Of a stretch of 64,000 bases of DNA, positions 1 through 11,400 are shown one piece after another; position 1 is the stretch's first letter; each line of letters begins with the position of its first letter. Source of the stretch: Klebsormidium nitens (taxonomy: Eukaryota; Plantae; Klebsormidiophyceae). The stretch covers positions 62,001 to 126,000 of the forward strand of contig DF237135.1 of the NCBI GenBank assembly GCA_000708835.1, read 5' to 3'. Under the pieces are notes generated by a model that ran no database searches, was not told the origin of the DNA, and saw only the letters and a list, made by a program, of their open reading frames with translations. The position numbers and the translations under genes were made by a program.

Positions 1-17
1 GAGGGGCTCGAAGCAAG

Positions 18-3000
18 ATGTCTTTGCCAAAGAAAGATGGCGGCAGTGAGCTCAGCAAAGAACAGGTAGGGTGACCGCAGCCCCGTGGTATTTTTAATGA
101 AGGTCGTTGATGGCATGCGACTGCAAAGTAAGTTGCCCATGCGAAGGGTGGCTGTGGGTGCTGCCTGATAATGGTGGATCAACGATGATAATGGTTGTCA
201 ACTCACGAGTAAATGACGCAGCATTGTAATCGACAAAGGGTGACCACTTTACTGATTCAATGTCAATTAAGAGGTAAAGGTGCGACCACCTATGCCATCA
301 GCATGGCGCCAAATGTCTTGAGAGCGTGTGTGGTCATTGTAGTTCGAAATATGTGCCATTTCAATGTGTTCAACGGCCTGTATGGAGGTTTCTCCGAAAG
401 CCCTGAAATCTTGGATGTCGTCTGGTTTACAGAGGAATTCTTCCTTTAGCAGTCTTATTGCAATCATATGCGGCAGCAGGGTTCGGATCATTATTTCTGT
501 TTGCTGCTCAATTGCAGGTCACCAAGGCAGTCACCGCCCTTTTGAAGTGGGTGGACAGTCGAAAGAAGCAGCAGAAACCGCAGCTTCTGGATGACGATGA
601 CATGTTCCATCTCGTCATTTCGCTTAAGAAAACTCCGGATAGAGAAAAGACAAACCCCTACAGAATGTAAGTAGGTCGTAACCACGAGGCGACTTTTCGA
701 CTTTTTCGCTGTGTTTTGGCTATCTGAGCATTGCAATGGAGCTTGGTTGGGGTTTGTAGAGGTGGAGTTACCTCTCATAGTGGTACTGGCTGAACACAGC
801 ACGCTTTCTGGAAGTAGGAAGACTGTTGGGCCACGTCTTTGTGTGTCCTGGGAAGGGCCATCATAGAAAGGTGTGCGGTGGATGAATGTGGTGGTCATGA
901 CGCTCACCGTGCTGCAGACGATGATTGTGGTGGTCGTGATGCTCACCTTAAGCTGTCTCACTTGCAGATCAATTCCTCATTCCCTCTACCCGCTGGATGC
1001 AGCTCGCGAGGTTTGCTTGCTGGTGAAGGATGTCTCTGGTAAGGAAGCTAAAGCCGGCTACATTTACCGTACCAACACGCCGGTTGGGCAGATTCTTGCC
1101 CAAAAATCAATTACGTATGTTTTGAAATTTGGGCAACTCATTTTGGAATTCTTGAGAATTTGGAATTTGTGGAATATACGCTCAAGAATCCTTTTTTAAC
1201 CAGCCAAAATATATCAAAAGATCTCATATTAGAATTGTAATTCATTTGAAAATTTGGGCAGAATGAAAAAACGAATATCAATAGTATTGAAAATTTTGGG
1301 CAAAATCAAAACAATTAATTGATGCCCAACCGGCGTGTTGGTGCGGTATGTTTGTTTCTGTTCACACCGCGCAATACTTGCACTGTCTCATTTAATGTTG
1401 GGCTCCTTTCGCTTCATCTGCAAGGGGGCAAAAGTGTCTTTGTATCTTCTCAGCGGCCCGCTCTTGCTGCCCTGTTAGTGTATTGTGGCACCTGTCATTA
1501 TGCCGTTACATGTAGCAGTGGGCACCTTGTTGATTGTCTCCTGAATCCAGTCTTCTCGTTTGTAGGGGAGGGGCAGAAAGAAGCCAAACACCAGATAGCA
1601 GTAGAAGCTGGCACTGGAGTCAGTAAGGTGAGGGCACTTCAGCAGCTTCACATTGTTGGTGGTGCTCACTTGGTGCGATGAACTTAATTACTAGTTCGAG
1701 AGGTTATAATCTGCCTATTCCCCGTAGCATTATTGCTAGGGTGTGATTGAAGCACGAGGTCAAAAGAGCCCGGCAATCGAGGAAGGGATCCAATGTGCTC
1801 GACACGTATTCCAAACGTGTTCGCATTATGCAGGTGATAGGGGTGTCAAAGCTGAAAACCAAGTACAAGCCCTATGAAGCGAAGCGAAGGTTATGTGGCT
1901 CGTGAGTGACTTACGAGCCTTTCTCAACTCCGTCCGTTTGCCGTTCAGTATGTCACCTCGTGAAGTCGTACGGGCTTCATCTGCCATGTCAGCATCTCGT
2001 CAGATTCTTGGATATGATTCGTTTATGCACGTGGTTTCCCCGGGTTGGTTCGAGCTTTTACCCAAGGTGTGTAACATTACAAAGTCTTGGATTAAGGCCT
2101 AAACGATCAACTCGACATCCAAGTTAGAAAACGAACCAGAGCATCATACAAACTCAAGCTTTTTCTTGGGCTGAAACTTTCGTTCCCTCAAAGTTGAGGT
2201 AAGCAGGCAGAAGTTCTCAGCACCTCTGATTTTGTGCCTTGCATTTGCAGGTACGACCTCTTTGTTGCCGACGACAGAATACTTGGCGTTCTTCCAAAGC
2301 TCCTCGGAAAGACTTTCTTCAAAAAGAAGAAGTGAGGGCTCAGTTTACTGGGTTTGTTTCCTTTGATATGGTGCGAATGAAAGCACAATTTGTAGTAGCT
2401 CTTGGTGGTTTCGGCTTACGGCCTTCTGAACAGGCAGATCATAACAGGTCCTTTCAAAGTCGACCAACTGCTTTGCACGACCGTCGGATTATAACGCCTT
2501 CGGGCATGGGTGGAAATTGTATGATCAGCGTGATGCAGTTCAAGGTTTTCATGGCACCTTTCCGGCTGGACAATTCTGACGATTGATGTGTCGCCACATA
2601 AATGGAGCCCGTTCTTGTAAGTTCTTGAAAATAAAGGGACCCTCAGTTCGCTGCACGTCATCTGTTAGACCTTCGTCCCGAAAACGCAGCACTTCATCGG
2701 ATGGAGCCTGACGACCTACGAACTCGTCACTCCTTGGGTTTTCCTAGTTAGGCCTTACGAAACGAGGACTTACGAAACGAAAATGTTCGACCATTGGCAG
2801 TAATAAGCTTTTGGGTAAACTCGATGTTCCTGGGGCGTAGGCTGAGTCGCTCAATACGGACCGCCAATCTGATTTGCTAACAAGCGTAGTCGCCTTTCTT
2901 CAGGCATCCCATCCCGGTTACTCTCAAGGGCAAGAACTGGGCAGGGGCGATTCGAAAAGCATGCGATTCTACGTACCTCTACGTCAGCGGAGGATCTTGC

Positions 3001-3979
3001 AGGTGCGCCTCGTTATGTCCCTATATTCAGAATGTGTCTCGAAGCGCGCGTACCAAAAGTTCTGTTTCCACTTGGAAGGTCTCGAGCACGGTTCTGGAGT
3101 TTGGTTCTTTTCGGTGTTCTCCGGTGTATTGAAGGCATCGAAGCCGTTAATACGGGCCAGGTCGGGAGTTGGAGAGGAGTCGGATTGTAGTCGCCCCTTA
3201 TCGTATCTGTCTTGAATCAATGATTGCGAGAGTCGTCGACAGGTTCACGTACAGTGGCACTCGAATCCCGGGCTTCCTCGGAAGTAGGTCTCGTGCCTGC
3301 CTGGTTGTGATATGCTGTGAGGATGCTGATAGTCTTGCTCATAAGCTACGCTGTGAGTCTGACCCACGCTGTGAATCGTTTCTCAATGCAGCGACGTCCG
3401 AGTAGCCCGGATCTCCCAAGAGCCGCAAGAGGTTGTGGAAAACGTCGTGGCCGCAGCGGAGGGCATCAGCAAGATCCTCCCAAAGAAGTGGGCCAACATC
3501 CAGGCACTGTATCTCAAGACCTCGGTGAGTGGCGGGCTCTGCAAGACCTGGTTCAGAAGGCGCTGATTTTGAGCACTCCAGATGGAATCTGAGGAGATTG
3601 TAGCACTTACTTGCGTGTGGGAGGAAGTTGCAGAAACAAATAGAGAGGGTGGGTCAAAAACTTCTTGCGTTTAAGATCCGAATGTCCGTCTCAGGAGTGC
3701 GCTTTTATTGTGCTCGTCAAGAAGAGTTGCATCATCTTTAAAAAGGATGCACCAAAAGTTGAGCTTCGCGTCTTCAACCTGGCTGTGAGCCGAAAATGAT
3801 TCTTGAGCAGCTGGATACTTTCTGATGCCTCGATGGCACTTTGGAATTTGCTTATCTCTGTGATTGATTTTTTTCAGGAGTCCGCTGCTCTGCCTCTTTA
3901 CAACGCCCTGCCCGATACAACGGCGAAGATTGCAGGAGGCTCGGGGGTGGTCGTGGCGACTGGTATCGAAGCTGCTTAG
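18..3979 (+). CDS. RSL1D1: Ribosomal L1 domain-containing protein (RSL1D1/Cic1/Utp30 family), 9 exons
   Basis: Exons 18-65, 518-666, 968-1038, 1566-1627, 1834-1901, 2251-2331, 2904-3002, 3392-3524, 3878-3979. All introns are GT-AG and in phase. The translation includes KAVTALLKW, LLDDDDMFHLVISLKK, IPHSL..EVCLLVKD, VIGVSKLKTKYKPYEAKRRLCGSYDLFVADDRI..LPKLLGKTFFKKKKHPIPV, W.NIQALYLKTSES.ALPLY, recognised from memory as the plant ribosomal L1-domain family. Confidence 0.92.
1067..1346. mobile_element. MITE (Tc1/mariner, Stowaway-like) in intron 3 of RSL1D1
   Basis: 24-bp TIRs at 1067-1090 (ccgtaccaacacgccggttgggca) and 1323-1346 with 1 mismatch. TA on both sides (1065-1066, 1347-1348). AT-rich non-coding interior with repeated aatttgggca motifs. 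Confidence 0.8.
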
Positions 3980-5199
3980 CTCGGGGCTGAGCGCATATAT
4001 ATACGTCTAACGTCCCTTCAAGACTATGACAGACAGCGGTCTTTTAAGGGGTCGCAACATGCTCGTTGCTTCCGGTCTTAATACGACTTCATAGGCGGTT
4101 AGGATTTGGAGGTTGCTAGGAACTGCTGCTTCGAGGTCGCGACGAGCTGCAGACTGGAGTGTTTTCTTCCACTAATCCTTTCATTAGTCATAAGTGCGTC
4201 TGGCACAGCCTGATTTTCAATGGGTGCATCCACGGAACTCAGATTTTTTGAAACTGATATCGAAGCTTCACGTCCCAACTGATATTCGAGTCTCGAACTT
4301 TTGCGGTGGACTTCCTATTTGCATAGGCCCGGCAACCCTTTTTGTGAACCTTCACTGGAATTGTAAGCGCTTGACGGCCTAGTATCAAGTCCATGCACAT
4401 GGCATGTAAACTCCAAGCTGACCACGGTCCTGTGCGCTTGAAAGTGGGTCTGATCACTACGCTGTATATATATTGCGAGGATCCTTATTTTGGTTGCTTT
4501 CGCGCTAAGTTTGGATCAGTCAGAAACGGCAGCTTATGTACTCGTATCCAAAGTCCTGGGCATACGCGGCGATTGAATATAGGTAGAATATCCTAAATGA
4601 TACATTCGATCCGAGCATGCTCATGGGAAAATGCAATGCTGACTCCCTAGGTCGAGATCGTCTCTTTTAATTTGGTGAAATTAGCTCGAGTCTGCTTGCA
4701 TCGGTGGGATCCTTATAACGATGTTGCATGACCTGAGGCGTCTTAATGCTCTGATAGAAGTTGAATGCTGGTACAAGTTGCGTATGTTACGAAATCGCGT
4801 AGAAAGGATGCACGACAAATACCTTGCTAAATCATGAACACCCAGGAGCGATGCAAACTCGAAGTGGTTGATAATTACAGATCGACTTGCACATGGGACG
4901 CGGTCTTGTCAAGAGCTCGTCTTTTCAGAAACTGCCAGCCGAAACTACACTCCCTCCCCTAAGAATGACGGGGCGATTGCAATGTAGGGGTCCGAAGCCG
5001 TTGACTCTTATGGGGGGCCACGAACAAATTGACGTGTATCGTGCCTTGTACTATTAAGTTTGCAGCGCTTTTGACTGATCAAGCATGTAGCAACCCTTGA
5101 GCGCACTTAAGACCATGTGTTTGTTCAGGGAAGTGGCTAGAACTGATGTGTAGGCAGGCGTGGCCCGGCGTGATGATTGGAGGAGGATGTTGTATGGAT

Positions 5200-5401
5200 T
5201 GGAGTGAAGACGGCAGAGGAAGATTCCTAAGCCTCTGGGGCGTTGCCCCGGTCAGAGGGAGCTCCCGGAGGAGCCCCCCCTACCAGACGGAGGCCTGCAG
5301 CCTCGACGTCGGGGGATCACCCCCAGTGAGCAGACACCCCGGCAGAGCCGGGGCTCACGGCGCACGAGTCTGCTCCTCGGCGCGACTTCTCACTATCTGC
5401 T
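5200..5401 (-). ncRNA. Putative structured non-coding RNA, family unassigned
   Basis: Seven helices plus a closing stem cover most of 5203-5394. G.U pairs and a C(UCCG)G tetraloop favour the minus strand. TATAAAT lies at 5430-5424, about 30 nt upstream. No convincing coding exon follows. Confidence 0.55.
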
Positions 5402-5423
5402 GAGACGAGCCACACTTGGCCAC

Positions 5424-5490
5424 ATTTATAACGTTACAAACACCGGAGACCTTGTGGGTCGAGTGACCTGGTAACGTCACCAGCGGTTCG
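5424..5490 (-). promoter_or_regulatory. TATA box, USE-like motif and CCTGGTAACGTCACC element of a probable divergent promoter (ncRNA / QCR8)
   Basis: Minus strand: TATAAAT at 5430-5424 and GACCCACAAGG at 5460-5450, similar to the plant USE RTCCCACATCG, with a 19-nt spacer. A 15-mer at 5467-5481 is identical to 52170-52184. CACGTG lies at 5497-5502. Confidence 0.45.
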
Positions 5491-6263
5491 ATCTGTCACG
5501 TGGCACGGTCTGACGGCTACGATGCACTCTCACTGGAACGACGTGCGCTTCCGTTTAAAGAATGAACGACTTTCGTTATAGAAAAACGTTCGTTTCGCCG
5601 CCGTTCAATTCGCCCTTCCCTTCAAATGCGCGCGAGGCCCCGAAGATTACAAGGGCGCAGGGTGAAATTTGGGTGAGTCACGCAGCCCCGTGAATGGGTG
5701 GCGATATTGCTGTAACTTGTTAAGGCACGAACAAGCACACCTGTCTAGGTTGTCGATTGCACGGGACGGCCGCAACAGTCATCTCAAACCGATTCGCAAT
5801 TCTGGTGTGATCAGTGCAACTTTGAATAGGCCGCGCAACATTGAGTAAGACTTCTGACCTCTCATGCACCGACCAAGCTTGAGCTTTGCGAAACGAAACG
5901 GCGGCTCCAATGCACGAAGGCCTCGGATTAATGGTCTGCCGAATATCACTCGCTGACAGTTCGATGAAGCATGCTGCATGGTAGTCGAAGCGGCGTACGT
6001 CGCCCCAAGAAACGGCAAGAGTCTGATCGCTTGAAGCGTGAAGAGCTACTTCCCTAATGTTTGCTTCGCTGCCCCTCTAATACGATTGCTCTCCCCTGCA
6101 GGGCATGCGTGGCCGCAATCCATCTCACACAGAGCTACGTTGATTGCAGCTCTCGAGGAGCCAATAATTCGTTCTGCTTAGGGCCGCTTTGTGAGGTGCC
6201 CGGGCAGTTGAATTTGCTGCTTAGGAAGAGGCCTGATCCCTCGAATGGTAATCGGCAGGGGCG

Positions 6264-7277
6264 ATGGGCAAGAAATGGCCGCCCCCGGTGCATTTGAAAG
6301 AAGTGGTGTACATGCTGTCCCCTTTTGAGCTGGTGAGTATCAGAGACAATGCAGAGCTTGATGCGCAAGTGCTTTTGATTGGAAGAGTGGCTGCCTGCTC
6401 CATGCACCACGTTTTCCGCACGCAAGCGGTATCTGACATACTGACAGTACGATGGAACCTCATCTGAGCGCACGTTTTCATCGGTGCGCTCAGCGCATGT
6501 ATATGACGAGTTTTTCTTCAGCTAGAGCTTGTGCTGATCTCGGATTCAGGAACAGACCATCTGATTCTTGTTCCTGGGGAAGGTTTGCATGAATTGAGAG
6601 GAGGCTACTGGGCTCAGCTGCACGCTTGGATTCCCATTAAACGGAGGCTCGTCAACGACCCATTTGTCTTGTGAATGATTCTCTTGCGGCCCCGTTCAGA
6701 ACACTGGCTTGACTTACCTATCTGTTTGCCCGAGATTTGCGGGTCGTTCCGTGCCATCAAACAAAGCAAGTGCTTCGAGCCTGGACAGCTCACGGCGGGC
6801 AGCTGAACCCTGTGCTATTAAACTTCTTTTTGATTCTCCGAGTCTGCAGAAGGTGATGTCCGGCCTGTGGAAAAACTTCTGGCCCAGCTTGAAGTCGAGT
6901 CTGCGCGAGCATCGATCGGACCTCCTCGTTTTCATCACTCCCATCGTCGGGACGGTCGCTTACGCCAGGCGTTATGAGGTGAGACGTGCCAACGTGCGAT
7001 CGCTAAAGAAATTCATCACCTTCAGAAAAATCATGTCTCGCACAACGCGAATCTCAGAAAGACATCTACTTGGAAGCATCTCATGACTTCTGGTCAAGGA
7101 GCTGCACGCTAGCTGCACTGCCGTGTCTCTGCTAAGTAACTTGCCATCTACTATCAGCTCGCGTCTTTCCAGATGAATCGTCTCATCCCGAGGTTGCCAA
7201 TCCGACCGTCTGGTCCATCGTACTTGAAAGTGGGCGCCCGCTTGCAGGAAAGGGACAAGCTTGAGGACCGCTACTAG
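6264..7277 (+). CDS. QCR8: Cytochrome bc1 complex subunit 8 (QCR8/UQCRQ), 3 coding exons, 75 aa
   Basis: Exons 6264-6332, 6850-6978, 7248-7277 give MGKKWPPPVHLKEVVYMLSPFEL-KVMSGLWKNFWPSLKSSLREHRSDLLVFITPIVGTVAYARRYE-ERDKLEDRY*. This matches the plant QCR8 pattern (V.LK.VVY.LSPF.QK.M.GLWK ... TP.VGT..YA ... EKLEHRF). Confidence 0.92.
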
Positions 7278-8487
7278 CAACGTATACGTACTTCCTTTTC
7301 GCCGCCGTATGGTTGGCCTCCGCTAGAAGCACGTACGCGTTTATGCTGCTGCTGGTAGTGACGAAAATGCACGTACGTCCGTAGGTTAATCGTCAAAGTA
7401 TGAAAGTAGACTCTCTGCAGAACGCTCGATCATGCAAGTTTCATACACGCTTCCTTGTGCAACGTGCAAATTGGAATCGTTTGATCGACGTTGAGAAAGG
7501 GCATTCCTCACATCTTAACGGTACGGTCTCTTCTGTTGATAATCTTTCGCGGAGCCCTCGACTGACAAGCCGCGCGCAACCAGACATGGACCTTTTTTAT
7601 GTCACCTTGATCCGTGCAATGTGTGGTCTCCAAGAGCAAGCTACCTGCGGTTCAGTCATCAAATTGCGAGTGCATGCGGGATAGGCATGATGTCAAACCG
7701 CCAGCACAGTTGGACTTATGCATTGATGTACGTTCTGGCCTGCAACTTAGTTCTCGCCTTGAATGAGAGCCGCTCGCGGGCCCGGTGCATGCCTTCCGAC
7801 CTCCATCCAAACGTTCCATCCTTTTGGGCCTGGCCCACCGATAAGAATGGCGGCCTTCGAAGGTCAGGCTCAGAACGAATCCAAGCTAGTATAAGTACAA
7901 CATGGCAATGATGCATGGTGATTGAGACTGAAAGTTACATGTTAAAACTTGAAGCCGGGTGTCGCCGAAGGCTTCAATTCGAGGCCTTTAAACAGCACCT
8001 GCTTATGCTTGACGTTTCGGACATGCTATACGAGTTTTGCAGTAGGCGGCTTACGCCCGTCGGCTGCGGACTTCACATACTCCAGCTGGAGCCGCCAAGA
8101 TGCTAGCGGCTGCTTTCGGCCCTATATCTTCGCTCCAGCGGGTTGGCCCACAAAAGAGGCGGCTTTACTGGCTGGCCTTGCACCTGCTTATTGTAATACA
8201 TACTCGCTTACTCCTGGAACTTTCTATCCGGGCCCCCGTAAACGGGGCTCAGCCGTCGAGTACCCTCATTACGAGTTCTGCTCACCATCATATGTTCAGC
8301 ACATATCCCGTTTGTTTCAACACAGTCGCTCCATCGTCCAGCCGTGCCTTTCCGCTCCCCACCAGACTTTCGTCCACCCGCGTGTCCGTCCCCACTCCAC
8401 GCAACCTCCCCGCATGGGCGATGCGCGTCATTCCTTAAATCACCTCCGTCTCCACACGATTCAGCGTCTCCGTCTCTCACCCCGCCC

Positions 8488-11400
8488 TCACTCCAGCCGC
8501 TTCAGGGCCTTGCCCGCCGTCTCCTTGGCCCCGTCTGACCCCGCCTCCCGCAGCTCCCGCAGCAGCGACAGGGCCTGCGGTTGCCGCCGGATGAGCTTCC
8601 GGTTGTCCTCGTCCTCCGCTAAACTCCACAGTACCGCCGCGCCCGTCTCCTTGACTTCCGCGCTCTCTGACGTCAGCAGGCCTACGAGCAGCGGGACTGC
8701 CCCGTGCGCGGCAATCTCCTTGCGGTTGCCGTCGTCGAAAGAGAGGCTCAGGAGCGCCGCCGCGGCCATTTCTTGTACCTGGGAGAAGATTATTGTACCC
8801 GCTATGGTTAACTTGAAATGAAGGTCGTCGAAACATCTGCGACCTTTGAGTTGGCCAAGTGAGATTGAAAGCAGGAAAAACGAAGAGCGAAAGAACGGGA
8901 CTTACATTGCACCCATCAAGTGCTCGAAAAGGAGGGTACACAACACAAACATTATAGGGCAGGAAATCCAAGAAAGCTGAAGGCGGAGGGAAGGTGAGAG
9001 TAAGGAGCGGAGAATCAGCGAATGCAGAGCTCGTGTCAGCGGTTCTACCTGCGGAGGCCCCGCTCGCAGCAGGTCAACGAGGGGGGGGATCCCCCCGTAT
9101 GCAGCCAGCGTCCGCCGGTTCGACTCGTTCACCGCCAGGTCCGAGATCGCCTCCGCCGCGCGGATCTGCGCCTCGCACGTGCCCCACCGCAGCACGATCG
9201 CGAGCAGCGTGATGTCCCTCTGCTGGGCGATCGTTTTCTGCGCCTTCACGTCCTTCAGTGCGTTCCACGCAAGCTCCGACAACTCCCGCTCCCGCGCGCC
9301 CCGCTCGCTTTCCGCCTGCTGCAACTGGGCACGCAGCTGCGCGTCGATCTGTTCTCTGCTCCGCTCTGCCTCGGCCCGGGCCCTGTCCAGCTGCCCCTGG
9401 CTCTTTTCCCGCTCTTCGTCCAAGGCTTGCCGGTGCGCTGCTAGCTGGCCCAGCAGGGCCTCCACCTCGCCCTGCTTCTGAGACTGGACGTCCGACAGCT
9501 GTGCGTCCTTTTCTCTACGGACGTCCTCCACCTTCTGCCGCCAGTCGTCCAGCTCCTTGGCGTGTGAGCCCACCAGATTGGCGCGGCTCTCCTGTACGGA
9601 GAAACTTCTCGTTACGAGTTCCGCTTTTAGAGGCCTGAAAGGCTAAACGCTCTGTGCACGTGACAAAGCTCAAGGTTTGAGCTGGAAACAGTAGCTCGAA
9701 GACATCTACTTGAAAAGCATAAACTAAAAGCTGTCCAGTGGAGTCATCTGCAATTCTGACTCTTGGATGCAGACCCACAATGTTGAGAATACAAATGCCA
9801 AAACTCTGGAACTGAAACACACGTCCAAGACGATTGGTGTCCGAGTCGCATGGTGTAAGGGCTTTGTGTCTCTTCGATGGCCGACCCCATCGCCTTCGGA
9901 ATTGACAGGATGCGCAGCTGATGCTGAAAATAGGTCACGTACAGCAACCGCAAGACCATTCTTTGACAAGCTTCTTGCGCTGAAGTTATTTCTGACACAA
10001 ACCCTGTTTCGACAGATCGCTCGCGGTCTTCCTACTTGGCTCCCACATGCGCATCGTGCCTGCTTCTCAGTCCAAGACAGTAGATCCTCCCATGCTCAAC
10101 TTGAAGGGGTGGGGATCTTTCATGGCGCAGATAGTGTAACATACATAGGATGTAGCTTGAACTCCCAACTGCACCCTCGCAGGATATCTGATGCTCCAAA
10201 AGTCTCGCTGCCTGCAGCAGACCAGCGTGCTTACCACCAGATAGTGGGAACCTAGTCAGAAGATTGTGGTCTCTCAATTGCGGGTCCTCTTCAAGCAGTT
10301 CGTCAAAGTTTCAGATCACATTTGAACCAGCATTTCTTGTGAAAACAGTGGCAGCCACTCCTGATCTCAGCAGCTTCATACCATCCAGGAAACAAGCTCC
10401 CTGGCAGCAGAGTTGAGGGGCGTGAGCCGTCACATCCAACACGTCCTCAAATCCCAATCTGTCCCAACTCTCCAAAGTGCCCCTTTAGTGTACAAATACC
10501 TCACAGAGCTCATAAGACCAAGTGGAACAACTGGAGTTGCATCGTAACCCTCACCTGCAACACGAAGCTGTCTGGGTACAGCGCTTTAAGGAAGGCCACC
10601 AGCTCCAGCTGCTGCACCTCCTCGCCCACTGCCCCCCTCGCATCCTCGTCCCGCTGCACCAGCCCCGCCAGAACCTCCGCTGCCGCCCGCTGCGCGCGCG
10701 CGCTCCCAACCTGCAGCGTCCTCAGAAGGGCGCCCAGTGCGCCCTCGAATCCCGCCACCGCGTGGCCCCCCTGCGCGCTTCCCGCCGCGATGTTTCCCAA
10801 CGCGTTTATGGCGTGTTCTTGGAGCAGTGACACCGAGGGATCCCCCCAGGCCTCGAGCAAGTGCACGAGGGGCCGTAGGCCGCCCTCCAGCAAGACAACC
10901 CGCTGCGCATCGGGGTTGCTCGCAGTGACATTTGCCAGCGCTTCAGCTGACTCGAGCCGCTCCTCGAGGCGCCCTGCCTGGAGGCGGAACACGAGCCCCC
11001 TGATGTGCTCCTCGATCGATGTCGGGGCCACAGGTGTCACCCCCCCATTGACCGCCCGGTTGGCGCTGTTGGCGACCTTGAGCAGCATGCCGACCTGGTC
11101 AATCACCAAGCCGTCCATCTGCGAAAGACTCTCCTCGAGCTCCCCCCGCAGCCGCTTCTTCTTCTTTATATCTATCACAGCTTTCAGGGCGCCAGCCTGG
11201 ACGGCGAGTTCGCGCGAGGTGCGCGCCATCTCCAGGATGGACGCCCACGCTTTGAGGGTTTCGGGCTGGCGGGTTATGCTCGGGTTTGCGGCGTAACCGT
11301 CCAGCAGGGAGACGAGCTTGTCGGAGCGGTTGGCCAGCTGGCGGCAAGGGGCCCTAGGGGAAAAGGGAGGAGGGTTAGCTAGGGGTGTTGTGGTGGTACA

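Noticed and set aside
5225-5234. CCTAAGCCT as a possible telomerase RNA template on the plus strand
   Set aside because: It would specify TTAGGC, not the TTTAGGG-type repeats expected in green plants. The structure and TATA box favour the opposite strand.
5227-5392. RNase P/MRP P4-like pairing (AAGUC with GGCUU) in the structured element
   Set aside because: The partner strands do not fit the bulged-U P4 register, there is no room for P2/P3 upstream, and the CR-V AC...A context is missing.
5169-5402. Box C (GTGATGA) ... box D (CTGA), or U3-like GAGGAAGA, on the plus strand
   Set aside because: The boxes are about 230 nt apart with no terminal stem, the order is incompatible with U3, and the G.U pattern favours the minus strand.
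5453-5497. tRNA-like A-box and B-box look-alike (tgggtcgagtg ... ggttcgatc) on the plus strand
   Set aside because: The T-stem does not pair, the anticodon-like loop has 6 nt, and there is no acceptor stem.
7949-11382. Long plus-strand ORFs (7949-8821, 9022-9444, 10790-11296 and others)
   Set aside because: Shadow ORFs antisense to the GC-rich ARM-gene exons. The same applies to the many ORFs opposite GLU1, NHD1, GPI8, the F-box gene and the helicase.
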